Origin: Candidatus Woesebacteria bacterium GW2011_GWA1_38_8
GTDB lineage: Bacteria; Patescibacteriota; Microgenomatia; UBA8517
Direction of reading: 5' to 3'
NCBI GenBank assembly: GCA_000993025.1
Contig: LBVJ01000011.1
Coordinates: 26,039 to 67,587, forward strand
Length of the DNA: 41,549 bases
Part shown: positions 25,583-35,027 of the stretch, piece by piece
How positions within the stretch are numbered: position 1 is the stretch's first letter
Layout: every line of letters begins with the position of its first letter
Position numbers and translations under genes: made by a program
The notes under the pieces: model-generated
The model's input: the letters and a program-made list of their open reading frames with translations, nothing else
Told to the model about the DNA's origin: nothing
The model's database searches: none

Positions 25583-28500
25583 TTACAAGGCGAGGCGCTC
25601 CGGTGTAACCGGTATCAACCTCCCGATTATAACATTCTCTTTAAGACCCAATAATTTATCTTCGCTGCCGGATAAAGAAGCATTTGTAAGGACATCTATT
25701 GTTTGTTCAAACGATGCAGCAGAAAGCCAGCTCTGGGTATAAAGAGCTCTTCTTGTAATCCCAAGTAAAACCTGTTGAGCCGTAGAAGGTTCTCCTCCGG
25801 AGGCTAATACTCTTTCATTATCTTCCTCAAATAGTGTTTTTTCGATAATTTCTCCCGGTATTAAAGGGGAATCACCTGATGTAACAAGTTTCACTTCATC
25901 ACTCATCTTTTTAACAATTATCTCAAAATGCTTATCGTGGATGTTTATTCCCTGACTCTCGTAGACAAATTGCAATTCATTTACTAAATATTCCTGAACC
26001 GCTTTCAGACCTCGGATAAGTAGAACTTCTTTAAGATCCAGATATCCTATTGCTAACGGATCTCCGGCACCAATGACCTGCTTGTCTTCAACTGCCAACT
26101 TGATCGTTTTGGGAACGATATACTCCCTGACCTCCTTCGGTCTGGAAGAAGATGTTACTGTTACCTTCCAACCCTCCTCAATTTCTCCGAGTGTCACTTT
26201 CCCTGAAATTTCAGATAGGGGAGAGAACGCTTTTGGTGTACGCGCTTCAAAAAGCTCCTCGACGCGGGGGAGTCCTTGAGTGACATCGACTCCAACAACA
26301 CCACCGGAGTGTTTAGTTCTTAAGGTTAACTGAGTTCCAGGCTCTCCAATCGACTGAGCGGCAATTACACCAACGGGAACTCCTATCTTGATCTGATCTT
26401 TTTTAGAAAGATCCCGCCCGTAACATTTTGCACATATTCCATATTTTTCTATACATGTTAAGGGGGACCTTACAACAACTTCTGAAATTTCATTTTTTTC
26501 AACTATCTCTATTTCAGATTCGCCCATCATTACATCGCGGGAAATTATTACTTTCCCCTTCGAATCCAATATATCTTTTGCTAAAACTCTCCCCATCAAC
26601 CTAAAGGTAAACGCTTTTGGACGGTCGGATCTTTTAACCAATAAACCCTCTTTTGTATTACAATCTTCGACCCTGATAATGCAGTCATGAGAAACATCGA
26701 CAAGTCTTCTCGTAAGATATCCTGCATCTGCCGTCTTCAAAGCTGTATCCGTAAGACCTTTTCTCGAACCCCTTGATGAAGTAAGATATTCAAAAATCGA
26801 AAGCCCCTCTCTGAAATTTGATTTTATCGGCATTTCCACAATTTTTCCAAGAGGGTCAACAACTAAACCTCTTATAGCTGCAAGTTGTTTTACCTGATCC
26901 CGAGAGGTTCTTCCGACTTTTGCGTCAATTACCATTTTTATCGGATTATCCGAATCCAGAAGATCCCATGTCTTATCGGTCAGATCTTCCGTTGTTTCGA
27001 TCCACACCTTTTGATTCAAATTTCTTTTCTCTTCTAAAGTTATCAAACCCTGTGCATAGTTGGCATCGTGCTCTGCGATACGGCCGTCAGCTTCGGAAAT
27101 GATCTTTTGTTTATCCGGATGGACTCTTGCATCAAATATTCCAAAGGAAAAACCTGAAACTGTCCCACCAAAAAACCCCAGATCCTTGACCGCATCGATC
27201 ATCTCTACCACAACAGAAGTGTCCTTTGTAGCATATGTTCGGGCAAATATCCGTTTAATGAGAGTTGAAGTGACCGGCTCGTTGATGTATTCATTTTCAA
27301 AAGGCAAAACTTCATTAAACAATATCCTGCCTGCGGTGGTTTCCAATATTTCTCCATTTATTCTGACGTTTATAAGCTGCCTCAAATCAAACTTGCCTGC
27401 CTGATAAGCGGTTATCGCCTCTGTTTTATCAGCGAATATTGTTGAATATATCGACCTATTAGGATCAAGACTGGTCAGAAAATAAACACCAAGTGCCATT
27501 TCCTTGCTTGCCGGAGTTGAAATCGGACTGCCATCGGCGGGACGAAGCAAATTATTTTGAGGAAGCATTAAGCTCTCCGCCTCTTCCAATGCTCTTTTTG
27601 ATAAAGGAACATGAACTGCCATCTGATCACCGTCAAAGTCGGCATTAAAACCGCTGCAGATCGCAGGATGAAGTCTTATGGCATTGCCCTCAATAAGTAT
27701 GGGGTAAAATGCCTGTATAGACAATTTGTGAAGTGTCGGAGCTCTATTTAGTATTACCGGATGTTTTTTTGTAATTTCTTCAAGAATATCAAAAACTTCG
27801 GGGGGTCTTTTCTCAAGCAAGTTTTTGGCACTTTTAACATTTGGCGCTATTCCCCTTAGAATCATTTCCTTTAGAACGAAGGGTTTAAACATTTCAAGCG
27901 CCATCTCTTTCGGAATACCGCATTGATTCAATTTAAGATCAGGTCCCACAACGATCACAGACCTTCCCGAATAGTCAACCCTTTTACCCAAAAGGTTTTG
28001 CCTGAACCGCCCCTGTTTACCTTTAAGCATATCGGAAAGAGATCTCAAAGGCTGTCTACCACGTCCCCGCCTAGTTGCTTTTCTCTGAGAAGCATCAATC
28101 AGAGAATCTACCGATTCCTGAAGCATTCGTTTTTCATTTCGTAAAATTATTTCCGGAGCTCCTAAGTTTATAAGATGCTTCAGACGATTGTTTCTATTGA
28201 TCACTCTTCTATACAAGTCATTCAAGTCGCTTGTGGCAAATCTTCCCCCCGAAAGTTGTACCATCGGTCTAAGATCCGGAGGAAGTACCGGAAGTACTTT
28301 GACTATCATGGAGGTGGGATCTACTTTAGCTCTCCTCATCCCGTCGATCGTCTTTAATCTTTTTGCGATCTTTACATATCTGGGAGTAGTTGTATTTTTG
28401 ACCTCGGTAAGTTCTCGCCTCAAATTCATCGTAAGCTCTTCAATATTAATTTTTGAAAGAGCCGTAAGTATTGCATCTGCCCCCATCTTAGCTTCAAAAA

Positions 28501-29293
28501 AGTCACTTGCTTCATAAATAGTGAGTTGTTCATATTCCTCTTCCGATAAAACTGAAAGCGTGTCCAAATTTTTTATAAGACTTATCATCCCCTCAAACAA
28601 TTCTTTTGTACTTTGCAGTGAATTTTTTTCCTCCTTTGCCAAAGCCGCTTCTTTTTTACGAAACTCAAGGTCTATCTCGGATGTAGCAAGAGATACCTGT
28701 TCCTTGTTTTTGATCTTTTTTTCCGTTTTCTCTTTTTCTTCGTTTAGTTTGACCTTGATCTGGTCTCTCCTTTCTTCAAAGGAGTCTTTAAGTTCCTGTT
28801 CTCTTACTGCCCAAGCTTTTTCCACCCCTTTTATCGCCTCTTCTTTCTTCTTATCCTCAACACTCAAAACCAAATATCTGGCAAAATAGACCACCTGCTC
28901 AATTGCTCTTGGAGCAACGTCTAATACAAGAGAAAGTCTCGATGGGGCACCCTTAAAAAACCAGACATGGGCAACAGGAGATGCAAGGCTTATATGACCC
29001 ATTCTTTCACGCCTTACTCTGGATTGTGTAACTTCTACACCACACTTATCGCAAACTACTCCTTTATATCTGATCCTTTTATACTTCCCGCAATAACATT
29101 CCCAATCTTTTGTGGGTCCAAAAATTCTTTCGTCAAAAAGTCCATCCTTTTCCGGCTTAAGTGTTCTGTAGTTGATCGTTTCCGGTTTCGTAACCTCACC
29201 ACGCGACCAACGCCTGATGTCTTCAGACGAAGCAAGTTTAATGATCAGTGATTTGAAATCACTTAAATTTTTCAGATCGTTTAAAAGGTCCAT
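25583..29293 (-). CDS. rpoC: RNA polymerase beta' subunit
   Basis: Zn finger CYCGKY..CDKC, NADFDGDQM, RKGLTDTALKTADAGYLTRRL, GLKENVIIGRLIP. Confidence 0.99.
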   Translation of the reverse strand: MDLLNDLKNLSDFKSLIIKLASSEDIRRWSRGEVTKPETINYRTLKPEKDGLFDERIFGPTKDWECYCGKYKRIRYKGVVCDKCGVEVTQSRVRRERMGHISLASPVAHVWFFKGAPSRLSLVLDVAPRAIEQVVYFARYLVLSVEDKKKEEAIKGVEKAWAVREQELKDSFEERRDQIKVKLNEEKEKTEKKIKNKEQVSLATSEIDLEFRKKEAALAKEEKNSLQSTKELFEGMISLIKNLDTLSVLSEEEYEQLTIYEASDFFEAKMGADAILTALSKINIEELTMNLRRELTEVKNTTTPRYVKIAKRLKTIDGMRRAKVDPTSMIVKVLPVLPPDLRPMVQLSGGRFATSDLNDLYRRVINRNNRLKHLINLGAPEIILRNEKRMLQESVDSLIDASQRKATRRGRGRQPLRSLSDMLKGKQGRFRQNLLGKRVDYSGRSVIVVGPDLKLNQCGIPKEMALEMFKPFVLKEMILRGIAPNVKSAKNLLEKRPPEVFDILEEITKKHPVILNRAPTLHKLSIQAFYPILIEGNAIRLHPAICSGFNADFDGDQMAVHVPLSKRALEEAESLMLPQNNLLRPADGSPISTPASKEMALGVYFLTSLDPNRSIYSTIFADKTEAITAYQAGKFDLRQLINVRINGEILETTAGRILFNEVLPFENEYINEPVTSTLIKRIFARTYATKDTSVVVEMIDAVKDLGFFGGTVSGFSFGIFDARVHPDKQKIISEADGRIAEHDANYAQGLITLEEKRNLNQKVWIETTEDLTDKTWDLLDSDNPIKMVIDAKVGRTSRDQVKQLAAIRGLVVDPLGKIVEMPIKSNFREGLSIFEYLTSSRGSRKGLTDTALKTADAGYLTRRLVDVSHDCIIRVEDCNTKEGLLVKRSDRPKAFTFRLMGRVLAKDILDSKGKVIISRDVMMGESEIEIVEKNEISEVVVRSPLTCIEKYGICAKCYGRDLSKKDQIKIGVPVGVIAAQSIGEPGTQLTLRTKHSGGVVGVDVTQGLPRVEELFEARTPKAFSPLSEISGKVTLGEIEEGWKVTVTSSSRPKEVREYIVPKTIKLAVEDKQVIGAGDPLAIGYLDLKEVLLIRGLKAVQEYLVNELQFVYESQGINIHDKHFEIIVKKMSDEVKLVTSGDSPLIPGEIIEKTLFEEDNERVLASGGEPSTAQQVLLGITRRALYTQSWLSAASFEQTIDVLTNASLSGSEDKLLGLKENVIIGRLIPVTPERLAL

Positions 29294-29302
29294 AATTATA
29301 TT

Positions 29303-32300
29303 TTACTTAATTTCAACTTTTTCTTCTTCCTGAACGGAATCTTCAACTTTAACGGCTTCTTCGACTTCCATTGGTCCGGAAGGATTTAAGAGTTCATCTG
29401 TAGCGACAACCTGAGCCCCCGCTGCTGCCGCAAGCTCTACTCCTTCCGGAGTAGAAACTACATTTTCCTCATCAACATACGTTCCACCAACCGTTTCGAT
29501 AGAAAGACCTAAGGAATTAAGCTCTCTAACTAAAACCTTAAAGCTTTCAGGGACTGTTGCTTCCGGAATATCAGTACCTTTAACTATAGCTTCAAAGGCA
29601 CGCGCCCTGCCTGAAATATCATCCGATTTTATCGTTAACATTTCTTGTAGTACATAGGCTGCCTGATGCGCTTCCAATCCCCAAACTTCCATCTCCCCGA
29701 GCCTTTGTCCACCCATCTGTGCCTTTCCACCCAACGGTTGCTGGGTAACTAAAGAATAAGGTCCCGTTGAACGCGCGTGGGTCTTGTCTTCAACCATGTG
29801 GGTAAGCTTCAATATATAAGCTATACCGACAACGGTTTCGTCCTTAAAACTATCTCCCGTTCTGCCATCGACAAGCCTAATTTTACCTGTCAACGGCAAT
29901 CCCGCTTTTTTAAGTTCATCGGAAATGTCTTTTTCTCCAATTTTGTCAAAAACAGGAAGCGCCACCTTTACTCCGAGCTTATTAAGCGCCCACCCCAAAT
30001 GACATTCAAGCAGTTGCCCCAAATTCATCCTGGCAAGAACCGATAGCGGTGAGATTATAATATCAACGGGTGTTCCGTCTGGAAGATAAGGCATATCGGA
30101 AGTAGGAAATATTTTTGCAATTACTCCTTTGTTGCCGTGTCTTCCGGCAACCTTATCTCCAACAGTGATTTTTCTCATTTGAGCAACTTTTACCAGAACT
30201 TTTTTTATAACTCCCGGACCCAACTCATCGCCAGTATCCCTATCCAAAATATTAACACCAATAACGATCCCCTTTTCACCATGGGGTACTCTCAGAGAAG
30301 TGTCTCTGACCTCTCTTGCCTTCTCTCCGAAAATTGCTCTTAATAGTCTCTCTTCCGAAGTCAGTTCTGTCTCACCCTTAGGGGCAATCTTACCAACAAG
30401 AATGTCGCTTGGGCCTACTTCAGCTCCAACAACAACTATTCCGTCATCTGCCAAATTAGCAAGGTCTCCTTCGGACACATTCGGGATATCCCTGGTAATT
30501 TCTTCCGGACCCAATTTTGTATCGACAACATCACACTCGTATTCTTCGACATGAATAGATGTTAATAGATCCTCTTTTACAAGTTTATCCGATATAAGTA
30601 TTGCGTCTTCAAAACCATATCCTTCAAGGGTCATATAAGCAATTACCAAATTTCGCCCAAGCCCAAGTTCTCCAAACTCGGTTGATGGACCGTCTGCAAG
30701 GCAATCACCCACTGACACTTTATCACCGGGTTTTACTCTTACCGTTTGGTTATAACAAGTAGAATGGGATGTTCTCTTGAATTTCGATACATAATAAATC
30801 TCTTTTCCGCCATTATCTGTAAGCTCAACCTCTTCCGCAACGTCCGACAAGTCCGCTTTTTTGTCCAGTTTGACGATGATCTTTTCTGAGTCGGCAAATT
30901 CAACTTTGCCGGAATGAATGGCATAAATGCTTCTTCTCATACCCTTCACTATCTCCCTCTCCATTCCAGTTCCAACAAGGGGTGACTCAGGATTTACCAG
31001 CGGAACTGCCTGACACTGCATGTTGCTTCCCATCAACGCTCTGTTTCCTTCATCGTGCGCCAAAAAGGGGATTAGGGAAGCGGAAGTACCCACAACCTGT
31101 CGTGGAGTCAAATCAATAAAATCTACCAAGGATGTCAACCCCTCGGATGCTACCCCGTTATAGCGGAAAGGGACACGACTACTAACTAAGTATTTATTTT
31201 CATCAATTTCTACTCCTGCATGAGTAATGTGATATTTCTCCTCATCATCGGCAGTCATATATACTATATCGTCCGTTACTTTTACTTTTATTTTGTTTCC
31301 CTTCTTTTCTTTTTCCAACTTTCTATACGGAGTTTCGATAAATCCATATTCGTTGACCTTTGCGTATAGAGAAAGATATGAAACAAGACCGATGTTTGGA
31401 CCTTCCGGTGTCCTCACCGGATCAATTCTTCCATATTGGGAGGAATTAACGTCTCTTATTGAGAACGATGCCCTTTCCCTGTTTATTCCTCCAAGCCCCA
31501 GAACCGAAACTCTACGCAAATTATCAAGTTCAGAGAGAGTGTTTGTATCATCAAGTATCGTAGACAGCTGATTGGATCTGAAAAATTCATTTAATGATGC
31601 GATCAAGGGTCTTGCGTTTATTAAAGTTGATGGAACAGGTCTATCGTCGGGTGATATCAAACTCATTTTTTCTTTAACCGATCTTTCAAGTCTCAGTAGG
31701 CCAATTCTGAAAGCGTTTACCGCGACAAGTTCACCCACTCTTCTCAATCTTCTGTTGGCCAAATGGTCGATATCGTCAACTTTTCCGACACCATTCTGGA
31801 GACCGATAAGGTATTTTACTGCGCCCACGATATCTTGTTTTGTATTCAGCCCAAGTCTTTTGTTTATCTTATAACGTCCAACGCTCCCAAGATCATATCT
31901 TTTAGGATCAAGAAAAAGTGAACGGAAAAGATTCTCAGCATTTTCCAGAAGAACGGGCTCACCCGGTCGGAGTTTTCTATAAATTTCGAGGTATGCTTCC
32001 TCTCTTGTCTTTGAGGAGTCTTTTGCAAGTGTAGAAGTAATATATTTATGATTATCTCCAAGATCAACATCCTTAAACGTGTTTAGTATCTCTTCGTCCG
32101 AGGACAATCCCATCGCTCTTAAGAAAGCCGTCCCAACAACCTTTCTTCTTCTGTCTATTCTTGCCGCAATAACATCATTTTTTGAAACTTCGAATTCAAG
32201 CCAAGATCCCCTCAGGGGTCTTACTTCTGACATATAGAGCATCCTTCCTGAAGATATGTCTAGATTTCCGGAAAAATAAACTCCGGGGCTTCTGACGATC

Positions 32301-32692
32301 TGATTGATCACGGCTCTTTCGATACCATTAACCACAAATGTCCCTCTTGCAGTCATTTGCGGAAGATCTCCAAGAAACACATCCTGAGTTACTTCTTTTC
32401 CCGTTCTTTTGTTAATGAGGGTTGCAGTAATTTTTAATGGAGCGGAATAGGATATTCCTTTCTCCTGACAAATCCTTGGTGAGAATTTGGATGGTCCCAA
32501 ACTGGGATTACCCAAAACGATCCTCCAATTTTTTCCGGTAAAATCATCTATTGGAGAAATATCTGTCAACTCTTGAGTTATACCTTCTTTCAAAAACTTA
32601 TCCCAGGATTCCCTTTGTACGAATGTCAGATCAAGTTTTGGAAGATATCTTTCATCCCGCCCGAAATTTTTACGGATATTTTTAGCCGTCAT
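29303..32692 (-). CDS. rpoB: RNA polymerase beta subunit
   Basis: DDIDHL, TPEGPNIGL, GDKVAGRHGNKG, GGQRLGEME, LTIKSDD. Confidence 0.99.
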   Translation of the reverse strand: MTAKNIRKNFGRDERYLPKLDLTFVQRESWDKFLKEGITQELTDISPIDDFTGKNWRIVLGNPSLGPSKFSPRICQEKGISYSAPLKITATLINKRTGKEVTQDVFLGDLPQMTARGTFVVNGIERAVINQIVRSPGVYFSGNLDISSGRMLYMSEVRPLRGSWLEFEVSKNDVIAARIDRRRKVVGTAFLRAMGLSSDEEILNTFKDVDLGDNHKYITSTLAKDSSKTREEAYLEIYRKLRPGEPVLLENAENLFRSLFLDPKRYDLGSVGRYKINKRLGLNTKQDIVGAVKYLIGLQNGVGKVDDIDHLANRRLRRVGELVAVNAFRIGLLRLERSVKEKMSLISPDDRPVPSTLINARPLIASLNEFFRSNQLSTILDDTNTLSELDNLRRVSVLGLGGINRERASFSIRDVNSSQYGRIDPVRTPEGPNIGLVSYLSLYAKVNEYGFIETPYRKLEKEKKGNKIKVKVTDDIVYMTADDEEKYHITHAGVEIDENKYLVSSRVPFRYNGVASEGLTSLVDFIDLTPRQVVGTSASLIPFLAHDEGNRALMGSNMQCQAVPLVNPESPLVGTGMEREIVKGMRRSIYAIHSGKVEFADSEKIIVKLDKKADLSDVAEEVELTDNGGKEIYYVSKFKRTSHSTCYNQTVRVKPGDKVSVGDCLADGPSTEFGELGLGRNLVIAYMTLEGYGFEDAILISDKLVKEDLLTSIHVEEYECDVVDTKLGPEEITRDIPNVSEGDLANLADDGIVVVGAEVGPSDILVGKIAPKGETELTSEERLLRAIFGEKAREVRDTSLRVPHGEKGIVIGVNILDRDTGDELGPGVIKKVLVKVAQMRKITVGDKVAGRHGNKGVIAKIFPTSDMPYLPDGTPVDIIISPLSVLARMNLGQLLECHLGWALNKLGVKVALPVFDKIGEKDISDELKKAGLPLTGKIRLVDGRTGDSFKDETVVGIAYILKLTHMVEDKTHARSTGPYSLVTQQPLGGKAQMGGQRLGEMEVWGLEAHQAAYVLQEMLTIKSDDISGRARAFEAIVKGTDIPEATVPESFKVLVRELNSLGLSIETVGGTYVDEENVVSTPEGVELAAAAGAQVVATDELLNPSGPMEVEEAVKVEDSVQEEEKVEIK

Positions 32693-32795
32693 TTGATAGC
32701 GTTTCTATAGATATTTGAGTTTTTTACCCATAAACCCCCGTAAATATATTTCGGGACAAAAATGCAAGCGTACATATTTGTACGCCTAGTACGGG

Positions 32796-32824
32796 TTTTT
32801 ATCACAACCGAAATAGCCTGTCAA
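32796..32824 (-). promoter_or_regulatory. Putative rpoBC promoter
   Basis: TTGACA-17 nt-TAAAAA with extended TG, followed by a GCGTACA/TGTACGC hairpin. Confidence 0.55.
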
Positions 32825-32855
32825 TAAGGAAAAATGCGAAAAACTATAAATTTCG

Positions 32856-33860
32856 TTACTTTCCCAAATACTTTCTCACATTTGAAGCATGTTCGGCGGA
32901 GGATTTGGCATAGTGAATCACGCCATCGGACGAGTGAATATAGAACCAATAGTCCGAATCTATTGGATTCGCAGCTGCCTGAAGTGAGCGCAAACCGGGA
33001 TTGCTGATCGGAGCGACCGGCAGATTCTTATACCTGTAGGTGTTATAGGGCGAATCAATATCCAAATCATCAAGTGTCAATATCGGCCACCAATTATTGG
33101 GCTGTTGGCTGTTGGACTGTTGACTGGCAATCGCGTATTGGACGGTTGCATCAACCTGAAGCGGCCAATCATTTTCAATTCTTTTCCAAAGTATTCCGGC
33201 AACAACAGGCTTTTCATCCGCAGTTTTGGTTTCGCGCTCCAAAATCGAAGCCATTATTACAACATCTTTTTTTGAAAACTTTCCTTTTAAAAGAGGGGTA
33301 ACTGCGCTATCAAATTTGTCGTCAAATGTTGAGGCTAATTTATTAAAAACAAATTCCGCCGGCACTTCTCTGGGAAACAGATATGTATCGGGGAATAAAT
33401 ATCCTTCGGAATCTTTTGCCAAGGTTAAAAATTGTGTTCTGAATACCTCCGCCTTCTCTTTATCCATTTCAAGCGCAATGATCACTTTTTCCACAACCTC
33501 CTCTTTCCGCAAACCTTCAGGAATCGTCGCCCAGAGCTCTTTTGTACCTTTACCCATAATTCTTACGATTTCGGAAACACTCATTGAAGGAGAAAGTTCA
33601 AATTCCCCCGCATTGATATTTTTGCTTCTATCCAGAAATTGAACATATATCTTAAAGGCCAGTTTATTTTTTATAAGTCCTTCATTATAAAGAAGTGTTC
33701 CTATCTCCGAAGCCGATTTTCCTCTGGGAGCAGTAAAACTTATATTTACACCGGAATCAGAAACCGCAGAGGTTTCTTTTTTAAACCAGTAGAAAAAGTA
33801 AGAGATCGAGGCGATCACAATAACCAAAAAAGCAACAAACGGAAAATATATCTTCTTCAC
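32856..33860 (-). CDS. mltG: Endolytic transglycosylase MltG (YceG family)
   Basis: N-terminal TM, TIPEGLR, EGYLFPDTY, ASILERE, LQVDATVQY, SPYNTY, PISNPG. Confidence 0.95.
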   Translation of the reverse strand: MKKIYFPFVAFLVIVIASISYFFYWFKKETSAVSDSGVNISFTAPRGKSASEIGTLLYNEGLIKNKLAFKIYVQFLDRSKNINAGEFELSPSMSVSEIVRIMGKGTKELWATIPEGLRKEEVVEKVIIALEMDKEKAEVFRTQFLTLAKDSEGYLFPDTYLFPREVPAEFVFNKLASTFDDKFDSAVTPLLKGKFSKKDVVIMASILERETKTADEKPVVAGILWKRIENDWPLQVDATVQYAIASQQSNSQQPNNWWPILTLDDLDIDSPYNTYRYKNLPVAPISNPGLRSLQAAANPIDSDYWFYIHSSDGVIHYAKSSAEHASNVRKYLGK

Positions 33861-34008
33861 AAAACATAGTTTAGCAGAATTAGGAAATAGTAGTTAGTAG
33901 ATAGCAGATACGGCAAATATGAATAAAAACGAAGAGAGAAAATAGTCAGCTGAAACCAAAAAAAGGTTATGGAAAGTGGAGATTAGAAATTAGAATTTTG
34001 GAATTAGA

Positions 34009-34209
34009 CTAGACTTCTTCCAGAAGCGCACGGCGGTATTTCTTATCTTTTGAACCATAGATGAAGATCCTTCCGCAGGAACAGATTACTTTGTCGGAAT
34101 TGGCATCATGCTTTTCCTTTTTACCTTCGGTTAAGGGTTTTCCACAACCGACGCATCGGCCTTGCGACATAAGCCAAGCTTGGATCGGAGCGATAACATT
34201 CTTTAACAT
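34009..34209 (-). CDS. Small putative Zn-ribbon protein
   Basis: MLKNVIAPIQAWLMSQGRCVGCG...CSCGRIF; ATG 34209 with upstream TTGACA...TGaTATACT. Confidence 0.8.
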   Translation of the reverse strand: MLKNVIAPIQAWLMSQGRCVGCGKPLTEGKKEKHDANSDKVICSCGRIFIYGSKDKKYRRALLEEV

Positions 34210-34345
34210 ATTACTCTGCAATCAGTATATCACAAAAATTTTTCCTTTTGTCAAAAGCAATTTTTAGATTCTTTATCCACAGATATTTTACATAGAAACA
34301 CCTGAAGTGTTTACTAACATGGTAAATTACGGCAACTTTTGCGAA

Positions 34346-34579
34346 ATGACAGACGAAAGGTTGGGACCGTCAAGCAACAAGACAAGATATCCGAAAATGG
34401 ATTACCGAACACCCTGAAGGTGTGAATATTTTGCCGTCTGACTTTGGCGATGTAGCAAAAAACGAGGTTGATCTGATCTTGTAAGCCAATTAAGAAGAAT
34501 AACCTCAGGTCTGAAAACGTTAGGGGTAGTAAGAATTGAAGGTACAACTGCTAGACCAATTTCTCCAATCAAACCCTAA
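34346..34579 (+). pseudogene. Possible doubly frameshifted small gene
   Basis: Removing one G (TTGGGAC) and one GATCT copy (GATCTGATCT) gives a 75-aa open frame MTDERLDRQATRQDIRKWITEHPEG...LGVVRIEGTTARPISPIKP. Confidence 0.35.
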
Positions 34580-34638
34580 TAATTTTGCTCAAAATCTTAG
34601 GAGGGAATAGTCCGCTCCACCCGCTAAAGACACTGTCT

Positions 34639-35022
34639 TTAAAGGGTGTCAAGATAGCTTTGTAAAATTATTGCAGCGGAGTATGCATCTTCCATTTCTT
34701 TTCTTTTTTTCCTTTTTATACCCGCTCCAATTGATAATTCCTGCGCAGTTTGGGTAGAAAGCGACTCGTCCTGATAAATAACCGGAGTTTTTATTTTTTC
34801 TTCCAAAACCCTGCCAAACTCTTTTGATTCCCTTCCCATCTCCCCCTCCGAAATTCCAATAACAATTTTTTGAATTCCAAACTCAGAAATAATTTTTCCG
34901 AGTTTTTCTCTTAATATCCTAATATCCTCGTATCGTAATATCCTAAGTGGTTCTGCAATCACACCGTCGGAAACGGCAAGACCGATCTTTTTTCTTCCGT
35001 AATCAATTCCTAAATATTTCAT
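34639..35022 (-). CDS. ruvX: RuvX/YqgF family nuclease (pre-16S rRNA processing)
   Basis: LGIDYGRKKIGLA, DESLST, DAYSAAIILQSYL. Confidence 0.95.
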   Translation of the reverse strand: MKYLGIDYGRKKIGLAVSDGVIAEPLRILRYEDIRILREKLGKIISEFGIQKIVIGISEGEMGRESKEFGRVLEEKIKTPVIYQDESLSTQTAQELSIGAGIKRKKRKEMEDAYSAAIILQSYLDTL

Positions 35023-35027
35023 ATTAA

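Noticed and set aside
28500-28880. Coiled-coil insertion in the N-terminal part of RpoC
   Set aside because: Lineage-specific beta' insertions at this position are already known in several phyla.
34273-34281. DnaA box as a replication origin
   Set aside because: Single box, with no cluster and no dnaA/dnaN nearby.
34319-34579. TGA read-through (code 25, code 4 or selenocysteine) to explain three in-frame TGAs
   Set aside because: TGA terminates conserved genes here (uppS, rpsD, rpsE, alaS); a frameshift explanation gives a more protein-like product.
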